From NCBI GenBank assembly GCA_964517045.1, contig CAZFAK010000002.1, positions 1 to 33,564 on the forward strand: a DNA stretch of 33,564 nucleotides. The letters are read 5' to 3'. How positions within the stretch are numbered: position 1 is the first letter of the stretch; the number at the start of each line of letters is the position of its first letter. Below the pieces are notes generated by a model. That model did no database searches and was not told where the DNA came from. It saw only the letters and a program-made list of their open reading frames with translations. Shown here in pieces: positions 9,601-17,633 of this stretch. Made by a program: the position numbers and the translations under genes. Source of the stretch: an uncultured Spirochaetia bacterium. GTDB lineage: Bacteria > Spirochaetota > UBA12135 > COTS27 > CAZFAK01.

Positions 9601-9930
9601 TTATTCGGCAAGTGCTTCCTGCTCACTGGCAAATATATCAAACATTCCTTCCAGATCAACTATTTTAAGAATTTTTTTAACTGAATTATTTACATTGCAC
9701 AGACGTATGGCGCCGTTTTTTTCTTTTAATTTACGCATAGTTGCGATAAAAACACGCAGTCCGCTGGAAGACATATATTCTACCTTATCGAGATTATAGA
9801 GAATATAGTTTTCTCCTTCTTCAATTTTTTCATTAATCATATTTTCCAGTTGCTGCGACAGAACAACATCCAGTCGGCCTTCAAGATAGACAACAAACCA
9901 TTTTTCTTTTTTGCTAGTTTTAATTTCCAT
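9601..9930 (-). CDS. STAS-domain anti-sigma-factor antagonist (SpoIIAA/RsbV-like)
   Basis: 109 aa, of the right size, with the beginning (VVYLEGRLDV) typical of the family and the conserved phospho-serine motif context (LDKVEYMSSSGLRVFI). Confidence 0.85.
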   Translation of the reverse strand: MEIKTSKKEKWFVVYLEGRLDVVLSQQLENMINEKIEEGENYILYNLDKVEYMSSSGLRVFIATMRKLKEKNGAIRLCNVNNSVKKILKIVDLEGMFDIFASEQEALAE

Positions 9931-9949
9931 TTTTTTTCCTGTTATAATT

Positions 9950-11056
9950 TTATTTACTTTTTTGTTTTATTACTGATTCACCGCCCTGAAAGTTAAACAG
10001 GAGTATGCTTATATAGCGGCAGAACGCTTCCCGCAGCTGTTTACTGCTGCTGAGTGAAGCAGGCAGGTCAGGTATAAAAAGATATATATCATCTTTTATA
10101 TCTTTCATTTTAAAACTGTAAATAGTTTTAACTGCCAGCCGCTTCCCGGCCAGAACATCTTTATAGTATTCCAGCTCTTTATCTTTAATGAAACCGGCGG
10201 CCGGCAATGTGCTTTTTATAGTAAAATCAGGACTCCGGGGCAGGTCCTTATAACCTACATAAACCAGGAAAGCCGCTTTTTTTTTTGTTTTTTTTACCAG
10301 CATACAGCCTTTGATTGATTGTTCTTTCAGAAAGGACAGAAGGGTTTGCTGGTCAGGACTCAGGCCCGTGATAAAGGTTGTGACAAGTCTGCTTAGTAAA
10401 CGGTTCTGTTTTTCTTTGTCTTTCTTCTGCTCCAGTATTTTTTTCTGGTTTTCAAGTATATTAAAATGTTCAGCGATAATACCAAGTATGATATTTAAAA
10501 AGGAAAAATCAGTCTGGTTTTGCAGATCGTTGCTGTTTTTACAACCGGCGATAATAAAACCGGTTGTTTTTTTATTTTTTTCTATGGGGAAAAATACCGG
10601 TTTATTTAATTTAGGCGCCAGCCTGGCAAAAGAATCTAAAATATTACTGTTATAATTTTTATTTTTAAAAGCTTCGTTTATTATTTTTTTATTTTTGGCA
10701 GTTATTTTTATAACGCCAGGTTTTATTTTAAGTTTTTTTTTATAAACAGCAGCAGCTTCCCGGGCTGCCGGGTTATAACGTGCGATTATAATGTAATTAA
10801 ATTTAAAAAAATTAAGTAAAGTGTTACTGATCAGTTCAAAATTTTTTTTTAAATCTCTATGTAATTCCAGGCTGTTGCATAAATTTTCCAGTTTTTGGGA
10901 TATATGGGTTATCTTTTCTTTCTGTTTTTGATAGTTTACAAAATCTTCAGAATTGAGAGCAAGCAGACTTTTAAAATCTTTAGCGGCTATTCCTTTATAA
11001 TTTCTTTTAATAAATTCCTTTAACAGATAATCCCTGGATTTATTATGCAGTCCCAT
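9950..11056 (-). CDS. Lys-rich 368-aa hypothetical protein, two-lobed, no recognisable catalytic motif
   Basis: This is a long ORF whose start codon is coupled to the upstream stop (TAAAATG at 11054-11060). It has two alpha/beta-looking halves separated by a KKDKEKQ-rich coiled linker. The halves might be GAF-like, but I cannot verify that. Confidence 0.6.
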   Translation of the reverse strand: MGLHNKSRDYLLKEFIKRNYKGIAAKDFKSLLALNSEDFVNYQKQKEKITHISQKLENLCNSLELHRDLKKNFELISNTLLNFFKFNYIIIARYNPAAREAAAVYKKKLKIKPGVIKITAKNKKIINEAFKNKNYNSNILDSFARLAPKLNKPVFFPIEKNKKTTGFIIAGCKNSNDLQNQTDFSFLNIILGIIAEHFNILENQKKILEQKKDKEKQNRLLSRLVTTFITGLSPDQQTLLSFLKEQSIKGCMLVKKTKKKAAFLVYVGYKDLPRSPDFTIKSTLPAAGFIKDKELEYYKDVLAGKRLAVKTIYSFKMKDIKDDIYLFIPDLPASLSSSKQLREAFCRYISILLFNFQGGESVIKQKSK

Positions 11057-11057
11057 T

Positions 11058-12614
11058 TTAGCGTCCCAGACGATTGATTACGGAGATATATTTATCATAG
11101 TATTTTGATTCTGCAAATTCTTTTATTTTATCTTCCGGCAGGTATTCCAGCAGAGAATCAAAATAAGCAAAGACTTCTGCTATCTCTGCATCGCCCACCG
11201 GTTTTTTCAGAGATTTACTTTTAGCTGGTTTGGCACCAGCTTTTTTTTTCGAAGCAGAGTCTGCAGCAGTCGGTTCAGGTTGCTTTGTTTGCCGGGTGCC
11301 GCTCGTATCGCTTTCTTTCTCCGCAGCCGGTTTCCCCTGCGGGGCGTCAGTATCAGTATCCTCATCTGACACTTTTTTCATATCTACCTTGGCAGAGCGG
11401 AGCAGTTCTGCTTCAAAATCTTCAGTGTCCTGAATAACAGAATCATCAGATTCAGCAGCAGTTTGCGGCTGTTCCGGTTTTTTTTCTATTTCTTTTTCTG
11501 CTTCCGGTGCATTTTCCTGATCAGGGCTTAAATCAACTTCCTGGGCAGATTCCAGGTCTTTGGTAATATTATCAAGTTCATCATTGGAGAGAGTTACTGA
11601 TTCAGATTCGTCATCAGCCAGGTTTAAATCAGCATCAGGAGTAGTGTCGGTTTGTTCCCTGTTTTCTTCAATATCGTCCCCCTGCAGATCCACGACCTGG
11701 GATTCATCCACATCAGATAGAATATTATCCATTTCTTTTTCGTTAAGGGCCACAATATCCTGATCATCATCCTGCGGTTTGTCAGCGGCTTGTTCCTTCT
11801 CAGGCGCGGGCACTGCTGGCGAATCTTCTCCGGACTTTGCAGCCGGCTGCTCTTCGGTTTCCCCGGCTGTTTCCGGCTCTTCCGTCCGGGCAGCAGTAGT
11901 TTCTTTCTTTTTGGTGTCCGGCTCCGGCTCGGTATGTTTTTCCTTGTCCTGAGAATCTGCAGTGCCGCCGCTTTCCTCTTCTTCACCGATAGAGGGCAGT
12001 CCTTCCAGTTCGTCAAGATTGTCAGCCATGTTGGAGATATCCCCTCCCTCCATATTGTCTACCTTGACATCATTGATATCAATCTCATTTTCCTCCAGGC
12101 TGCTGCTGTCCGTATCCCCGGCTGCTTCATTCAGGTCTATATCAGGAACATCCTCCAGATTATCATCCGTATCATCTTCTTTGTTTTCATTTGTTGCTGT
12201 TTCAGCTTCACTGAGATCAGGTACGTTTTCACTTAGATCAGCCATATCAGCGGCATCATTATTTTTATCCTGACTCTCCCGGGAATCTGTATCAAACTCC
12301 AGATCGGAATCACTCAGATCAGGCAAGTCAGAAGTATCGATATCACTGCTTTCGTTTTCATCAGTAACATTGTCATCCGGAGCTGTTTGAGCAGGTGCAG
12401 AGCCGCTGCTGTCACTGCCGGTACTATCTGTTTCCGGCTCGCTTGCTGTATCTGTTTCATCTGCAGCAGGTGCAGCAGGTTTTATCTCTTCCCCTTCCGC
12501 TGCTTCGGAAATGTCAGCATTATCCATAATGCTGCTTAATTCATCATCGGAAAGGCTTACCTCTTCCAGATCTTCTTCATTGTTAGTATTAGTGCTTTCT
12601 TCCTTTTCAGCCAT
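11058..12614 (-). CDS. Hyper-acidic, largely disordered 518-aa protein with a structured C-terminal domain
   Basis: The ORF is dominated by D/E/S/T. It contains three copies of a V-x-L-[SN]-x-[DK]-E-[LM]-[DS]-[NS]-I motif. A basic patch (SKKKAGAKPAKSKSLKK) precedes a non-low-complexity tail (EVFAYFDSLLEYLPEDKIKEFAESKYYDKYISVINRLGR). AGGAAC lies about 10 nt before the ATG. Confidence 0.7.
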   Translation of the reverse strand: MAEKEESTNTNNEEDLEEVSLSDDELSSIMDNADISEAAEGEEIKPAAPAADETDTASEPETDSTGSDSSGSAPAQTAPDDNVTDENESSDIDTSDLPDLSDSDLEFDTDSRESQDKNNDAADMADLSENVPDLSEAETATNENKEDDTDDNLEDVPDIDLNEAAGDTDSSSLEENEIDINDVKVDNMEGGDISNMADNLDELEGLPSIGEEEESGGTADSQDKEKHTEPEPDTKKKETTAARTEEPETAGETEEQPAAKSGEDSPAVPAPEKEQAADKPQDDDQDIVALNEKEMDNILSDVDESQVVDLQGDDIEENREQTDTTPDADLNLADDESESVTLSNDELDNITKDLESAQEVDLSPDQENAPEAEKEIEKKPEQPQTAAESDDSVIQDTEDFEAELLRSAKVDMKKVSDEDTDTDAPQGKPAAEKESDTSGTRQTKQPEPTAADSASKKKAGAKPAKSKSLKKPVGDAEIAEVFAYFDSLLEYLPEDKIKEFAESKYYDKYISVINRLGR

Positions 12615-12618
12615 TATT

Positions 12619-12966
12619 TTATTTGTTCCTGTACTTAAAAAATTTTTTATTTTCTTTTAAGCCTATTACCATGCCTTCTTTAATATCAGTTGCTGCATAT
12701 TGTTGGTTAAGTTTATAGCCATACAACAATCCGCCGCCTCTTTGGACAGCCTTCAGCAGACTGGCCTTTTTCCTGAGTCTGTATATACCCCAGTTTTTAA
12801 CCGGGTAGCGTAACTTTATGTTCACATAACGGGTATAGTGGTTAAAACTGGTCCATTCAGCAAAACCATTGATCCTGTAGGCAAGGTTAATAATTATTAT
12901 AAATACAGCTATACCTGTTACACATAACAAAAATTTTAATTTTTCTTTATATATAAATATCGACAT
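12619..12966 (-). CDS. Small N-terminally membrane-anchored protein (115 aa), unknown function
   Basis: One TM helix (FLLCVTGIAVFIIIINLAY) followed by a basic soluble domain of about 80 aa. It is the first gene of the tightly spaced operon leading to obg, with a 4-nt gap to the next gene. Confidence 0.55.
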   Translation of the reverse strand: MSIFIYKEKLKFLLCVTGIAVFIIIINLAYRINGFAEWTSFNHYTRYVNIKLRYPVKNWGIYRLRKKASLLKAVQRGGGLLYGYKLNQQYAATDIKEGMVIGLKENKKFFKYRNK

Positions 12967-13058
12967 TATAAGTATAAATTATTAATAAAATTATATCATA
13001 CAAAAAAATATTTTTATAATAAAAAAACTGTATTTACTGCGAATTTTGTATTTTTATA

Positions 13059-13991
13059 TTAAATTTCACTTTTTATGTTAATATTGTCAGATAACAATAA
13101 ATATAAGATAGCATTTTGCGCATGCATTCTGTTTTCTGCCTGGTCATAAATTACTGAATGTGAACTGTCAATAACCGCAGCGCTGACCTCTTCGCCTCTG
13201 TGAGCCGGAAGACAATGCATGAAGATATAGTCATCAGCTGCTTTTTCCACGAGCTGGTTATTGATCTGAAACCCGGTGAAATCATGGAGTTTTTGCCGGC
13301 GCTGCTGCTCCTGTCCCATTGATATCCAGACATCTGTATAAATAATATCCGCTTTTTCACAGGCAGCCCGGGGATCGTTGGAAAAGGTAACTGTGCTGTT
13401 TTGCACAGCTTTAATAATTTCCGGATTACATTCATAATTTAAAGGCGTGGCAATGTGCAGGTTCAGACCAATTTTGGCTGCTCCCACAGCAAGAGAATTG
13501 GCTATATTATTACCATCCCCGCAATAAGCCATTTTCAATGCATTGAATTTGCCTTTTTTTTCATATATGGTTAATAAATCAGCCATGACCTGGCAGGGAT
13601 GATTAAAATCGGTTAAACCGTTGATTACAGGAATAGTACTGTAGCGGGCCATCTCAACTACCTCTTTGTGCTTATAAGTACGAATCATCAGTGCATCGAG
13701 ATATCTCTCCAGAACCATTGCCGTATCTTTAAGCGGTTCGCCCCGCCCCAGCTGCAGATCGTTTTGACTTAAAAATATACCTTTACCGCCGAGTTTCTGC
13801 ATGCCTGCTTCAAAGGATACGCGGGTACGGGTGGATGATTTGGCAAAAATCATGCCCAGTGTTTTACCGGCCAGGGGCTTGAAAGCCGTATTGCTTTTTC
13901 TTTTTAAATCAAGCGCCGTATTTAAAATAGTTATTAATTCATTTTTTTGATAATGAGAAAGATCAATGAAATCTTTTTTACCGTTAATCAT
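13059..13991 (-). CDS. argF: Ornithine carbamoyltransferase
   Basis: Motifs present: STRTRVSFE (carbamoyl-phosphate site), HPCQ, DVWISMGQE and FMHCLPAHRGEEV. The start overlaps the argD stop by 8 nt. Confidence 0.9.
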   Translation of the reverse strand: MINGKKDFIDLSHYQKNELITILNTALDLKRKSNTAFKPLAGKTLGMIFAKSSTRTRVSFEAGMQKLGGKGIFLSQNDLQLGRGEPLKDTAMVLERYLDALMIRTYKHKEVVEMARYSTIPVINGLTDFNHPCQVMADLLTIYEKKGKFNALKMAYCGDGNNIANSLAVGAAKIGLNLHIATPLNYECNPEIIKAVQNSTVTFSNDPRAACEKADIIYTDVWISMGQEQQRRQKLHDFTGFQINNQLVEKAADDYIFMHCLPAHRGEEVSAAVIDSSHSVIYDQAENRMHAQNAILYLLLSDNINIKSEI

Positions 13992-15171
13992 TTCCTTGCC
14001 TTTTTATTATTTTATGTAAAATATTTAAACCCTTTTCCAGGTTGATTATACCTATAACAAGAGGCGGGAGCAGACGGATAGTCCTGGTACCAATAGCGTT
14101 TACGATAAGTCCTTTTTTTAAACAGGCAGCTGTTATTGCTTTGGCATTTGGTTTTTTCAGGTCCAGAGCAGCCATCATGCCCATAACTCTGATATCACTA
14201 ATATAGTCCAGCTCCTTTTGCCAGGCTGAAAATTTATCCTTAATAAAATTGCCTTTTATTTTAACCTGTTTCAGAAAAGAGGTTTTAGCTGTTTCCTTCA
14301 CTACAGCTGCGCCAACAGCTGTGACAAAGGGATTGCCGCCAAAGGTAGATGCGTGGTCGCCGGGTTTAAGAATATTTTTATATTTATCTCTTACGGTTAA
14401 ACAACCTGCCGGGAACCCACCGGCTATGCCTTTTGCAGCTGTAAAAGCATCAACTTTCAGCTGGTAGTTCAGAAAAGAAAACAATTCCCCGGTACGGCCG
14501 CAGCCGGCCTGTACATCATCTATGATCAGTAAAGCTTTATATTGGCTGCATAATTTTCTGATTGTTTTTAAAAATTTTTCCTGCACTATATTTATACCGC
14601 CTTCGCCCTGAACTGTCTCTATAAAAACCGCTGCTGTACGGGTATTGATCTTTTTCTTAAAATCTTTAAGGTTGTTGTATTTAAAATATTTTACGCGCCC
14701 GGGCAGGGGTTTGAAACTCTCTTGATATTTGGGCTGACCGGTCAGGGCAAGTGAGGCCAGAGTGCGGCCGTGAAAAGATTTTACTGCGCTTAATATTTGT
14801 ATTTTATCCCGCGCTATACTTCTGCCGTATTTGAGTGCCAGTTTATAGGCTGCTTCATTGGCTTCAGTACCGCTGTTGCAGAAAAATGTTCTTCCCCTGA
14901 AGGTATGCTTTTGTATGATAGCGGCCATTTCTGCCTGGGGCGATATTTTAAAAAGGTTACTTACATGCAGGGGCCGGGAAAGCGCTTTGCCGGCGGTTTG
15001 GGTTATTACAGGGTGGTTGTAGCCGAGGTTAGCCACACCGAGACCGGCTAAGAAATCAATATATTTTTTACCTGAAGCTGTATACAGCATTGCTCCTTTG
15101 CCTTTTACAAATTCCAGATCAGAACGGTTATAGGTCAGCATGACGTGTTCGTTGAATTTTTTTAAATTCAT
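13984..15171 (-). CDS. argD: Acetylornithine aminotransferase (class-III PLP aminotransferase)
   Basis: Motifs present: FFCNSGTEANEAA, LLIIDDVQAGCGRTGELFSF and a PLP-lysine context (TAAKGIAGGFP). AGGAG lies 7 nt before the ATG. The gene sits between argB and argF. Confidence 0.85.
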   Translation of the reverse strand: MNLKKFNEHVMLTYNRSDLEFVKGKGAMLYTASGKKYIDFLAGLGVANLGYNHPVITQTAGKALSRPLHVSNLFKISPQAEMAAIIQKHTFRGRTFFCNSGTEANEAAYKLALKYGRSIARDKIQILSAVKSFHGRTLASLALTGQPKYQESFKPLPGRVKYFKYNNLKDFKKKINTRTAAVFIETVQGEGGINIVQEKFLKTIRKLCSQYKALLIIDDVQAGCGRTGELFSFLNYQLKVDAFTAAKGIAGGFPAGCLTVRDKYKNILKPGDHASTFGGNPFVTAVGAAVVKETAKTSFLKQVKIKGNFIKDKFSAWQKELDYISDIRVMGMMAALDLKKPNAKAITAACLKKGLIVNAIGTRTIRLLPPLVIGIINLEKGLNILHKIIKRQGND

Positions 15172-15190
15172 TAGCTAGCTCCTGGAAAAT

Positions 15191-16045
15191 TTAAGGTATT
15201 ATTTGCGTACCGACACCGGCATCAGTAAAAAGCTCCAGCAGCAGAGCATGTATTGCTTTGCCGCTTATGATATGTATACTTTGTACACCGCGGTGGACAG
15301 CTTCGGCAGCAGCCTGCATTTTGGGGACCATACCTGTTTGAATGATGTTTTCCCTGATATAGCCGGGGATCTCTTTAGTGTGAATTTTGCTTATTCTGGT
15401 TTTACTGTCATTTACATCGCGGCGAACTCCGTTGATATCAGTAATATAGATCAGTTTTTCCGCATTAAGGGCTATGGCCAGCTCAGTGGCCGCATTATCA
15501 GCGTTAATATTAAGTGCAGAGCCTTCAGAATCAGCTGTAACCGGAGATATGACCGGAATAAAAACAGATATATCAATAGCATCCAGTATAGTTGTATCAA
15601 TTGAATTTATTTTTCCTACATAACCCAGGTCACTTTCTTGTTCCAGCTTGACTGCCTGCATAAGATTGCCGTCTTTACCGCTGAGTCCGACTGCTTTGCC
15701 GCCTTCCCCGGCGATAAAGGTTACCAGGTCTTTATTGACCTGTCCGGCCAGAACCATCTGGGTTATCTGCATAGTCTCTTTATCAGTTACGCGCAAACCG
15801 TTGATAAATTTGTTTTTTTTACCGAGGCGGTTCATTAAGGAGGTAATATGCTTGCCGCCGCCGTGTACAACTACCGGCATCATGCCTACATATTTAAGCA
15901 GTACTATATCGCGCATTAAACGGCGTAATTCGTCAGGTTTGTCCATGACCGAGCCGCCGACTTTGATAACCATAATCTTTTTATGGAAACGGCGTATATA
16001 GGGTAAGGCCTCACTGAGTATTTTAGCTTTATCCTGATTTTGCAT
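15191..16045 (-). CDS. argB: Acetylglutamate kinase
   Basis: The N-terminus LSEALPYIRRFHKKIMVIKVGGSVM, then VVVHGGG, and an amino-acid-kinase fold throughout. Confidence 0.9.
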   Translation of the reverse strand: MQNQDKAKILSEALPYIRRFHKKIMVIKVGGSVMDKPDELRRLMRDIVLLKYVGMMPVVVHGGGKHITSLMNRLGKKNKFINGLRVTDKETMQITQMVLAGQVNKDLVTFIAGEGGKAVGLSGKDGNLMQAVKLEQESDLGYVGKINSIDTTILDAIDISVFIPVISPVTADSEGSALNINADNAATELAIALNAEKLIYITDINGVRRDVNDSKTRISKIHTKEIPGYIRENIIQTGMVPKMQAAAEAVHRGVQSIHIISGKAIHALLLELFTDAGVGTQIIP

Positions 16046-16053
16046 AAGGTCGA

Positions 16054-16082
16054 ATTATATGATGATAAAAATAAATATGCAA
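16054..16082 (-). promoter_or_regulatory. sigma70-type promoter of argBDF, placed for a (near-)leaderless transcript
   Basis: On the minus strand: TTGCAT (16082-16077), 17-nt spacer, TATAAT (16059-16054). Only 8 nt separate the -10 from the argB ATG (16045), and there is no Shine-Dalgarno. Confidence 0.4.
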
Positions 16083-16197
16083 AACGTCGGCCGGACAGGG
16101 TATGAATTTTAATTGCTGTATAATTTTACAGTTATATAACTTTTATAATATTATATGCCTGGTTGCAGTTATGCTGCTGCTTTCTCATAAAACTTAG

Positions 16198-16593
16198 TTA
16201 ATCTCTGGTATAAATGAGAGATGTATTTTGATTGGAAATACGGATAGTATCATAGTCAAGTATGGTGATACTGAAATTTTGTTTTTTTATTTTTATAAGG
16301 CAATGGTTGTTAGTGGAATTTATAACTGTATAAGGAGCAGTAAGGACAGGCTCCTTGCCGTTAATGCTTTGTTTAACCATATTTTCTGTAAACTGCCAGC
16401 GTAAATCCCGGTGCCGGGCCAGAAATTTGTAATTGTTTAAAGCGGTTGTGTTGGTTTTTCTGGGGGCTGTAGTAATATGCTTTCTGGGATTTTTCAGGTT
16501 AATTTTCCAGGTGCCTATAAGCAGATCAGCTCCGTTATGCGGGGTGCAATTCAGCAGGAAAAGGATAAAAAAGCAGTAGTTTATTTTTTTCAT
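16198..16593 (-). CDS. Small lipoprotein (131 aa), unknown function
   Basis: Signal peptide MKKINYCFFILFLLNC with an L-L-N-C lipobox (spirochaete-style loose lipobox). The mature part begins with a GTWK-type motif. Confidence 0.6.
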   Translation of the reverse strand: MKKINYCFFILFLLNCTPHNGADLLIGTWKINLKNPRKHITTAPRKTNTTALNNYKFLARHRDLRWQFTENMVKQSINGKEPVLTAPYTVINSTNNHCLIKIKKQNFSITILDYDTIRISNQNTSLIYTRD

Positions 16594-16794
16594 TAGCTAA
16601 TTATAATATATAAACAGTTTTATTTTAAGTTTACTGTATTATCAGGTAAAGTTATAGTTTTCGTTCTTCTTTGTCTGCGGTTTTCTGTTAAAAGCGAAAA
16701 TGCAGAAACCAGTCTATAGTAGCTATCCCCTGTTTTTTCAGGCCGCCCTGAACCAAAGGTTTACGGAAAAAAATAATACAATATGACTAAAACA

Positions 16795-16824
16795 TTTAAA
16801 ATTTTTTGCTTATCAAGTTATAAT
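16795..16824 (+). promoter_or_regulatory. Promoter candidate giving a near-leaderless mRNA for the 266-aa gene
   Basis: TTTAAA (16795-16800), 18-nt spacer, TATAAT (16819-16824). The ATG at 16833 is 8 nt downstream and has no Shine-Dalgarno. Confidence 0.3.
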
Positions 16825-16832
16825 ATAAACCT

Positions 16833-17633
16833 ATGGTTGGAAAATTACCGGCACTTTTTTTTTGTCTGTTATTAGGTTTAACATATTCTTTATCAGCAAA
16901 AAAAAACAGTATTGGCCGGATCAAGTTATCTGTTTTTCAAAGTAACAGCAAACATAAAAAATTTATCAGCCCAAACCGTCTCAGCCTGCTGGTATACCTT
17001 GATCTTTTTATACCCCTAAAAGCTTATAAATATATGTCTGCTGACGAACGCCGGCTTATCACCAAAAATATTATTAACACTGCCCTTAATGGTAAAAATA
17101 TTGAATTTCATATCAATAATTATTATAAGCAGCAGCCGCTTATTATGTTTTCCAAATATTTGGAAAAGAAAAATGGATATTATATACTTTTTGCTGCAAA
17201 TTATGATATACAGTCCAATTTTTTTACCAGTAATTTTGTAAAAAATTCTTTTGCTAAAATATATATAATAAGCAATAAACTTCCTGTAGCCCGAAAATAT
17301 CTGGTTAGTCAAAACTACTGCCGCCTGTTGCGCAGGAGTGATCGTTACCGGGAACTGGCAGATATCTATCTTTTTGATGCAGATAAAGCAAACGACTCTG
17401 CAGTCAGCAGGCTTTTGTGCAGGGGCAGGTGGCGCAGTGATACAACCGCTGAGGAGATTGCCCTGCTGTGTACAGAGATCCAGTATTATGTTTTATATAA
17501 TGATCCTGACGAAGTTGAAGACCTTGGTGAAGAGCTTGAAGAGTATTTTTCAGAAGACCAGGGACTTAAAGATTTTTTAAGCGGCTGCCGGGAGGCTTCC
17601 CGTTTAATTAAAAGTTTTGTTTACGAAGATTAA
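16833..17633 (+). CDS. Secreted hypothetical protein (266 aa)
   Basis: Signal peptide MVGKLPALFFCLLLGLTYSLSA. The body is AT-rich and Asn/Lys/Tyr-rich, with an acidic C-terminus. It overlaps the next ORF by 17 nt. Confidence 0.55.
   Translation: MVGKLPALFFCLLLGLTYSLSAKKNSIGRIKLSVFQSNSKHKKFISPNRLSLLVYLDLFIPLKAYKYMSADERRLITKNIINTALNGKNIEFHINNYYKQQPLIMFSKYLEKKNGYYILFAANYDIQSNFFTSNFVKNSFAKIYIISNKLPVARKYLVSQNYCRLLRRSDRYRELADIYLFDADKANDSAVSRLLCRGRWRSDTTAEEIALLCTEIQYYVLYNDPDEVEDLGEELEEYFSEDQGLKDFLSGCREASRLIKSFVYED

Noticed and set aside
10277-10295. Long homopolymer runs inside coding regions as possible phase-variation switches. They are T10+T8 here (A10/A8 on the coding strand of the 368-aa gene), A9 at 965-973 and at 4637-4645, T9 at 16855-16863 and T10 at 20080-20089.
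   Set aside because: All encode in-frame Lys/Phe runs in an AT-leaning genome. Several are in genes that are not surface-exposed. There is no evidence of frame disruption or alternative-frame continuation. Only population sequencing showing length variation would revive this idea.
11230-12273. Several 67-148-aa ORFs on both strands inside the acidic-protein gene (11230-11433, 11560-11763, 11624-12016, 11790-12236, 11962-12273).
   Set aside because: These are artefacts of the GA/TC-rich low-complexity coding sequence. Their translations are Ser/Phe/Leu or Lys/Arg homopolymer-like, lack RBSs, and overlap a much longer ORF that has a structured C-terminus and coupled start and stop codons.
16103-16130. 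Two adjacent 14-mers resembling ARG boxes (TGAATTTTAATTGC and TGTATAATTTTACA) upstream of the argBDF promoter.
   Set aside because: Each matches only part of the TGAAT-W4-ATTCA consensus. The boxes abut each other instead of showing the canonical ~21-bp centre spacing, they lie upstream of the -35 rather than over the promoter, and the region is so AT-rich that such matches are expected by chance. A genome-wide ArgR motif search would settle it.
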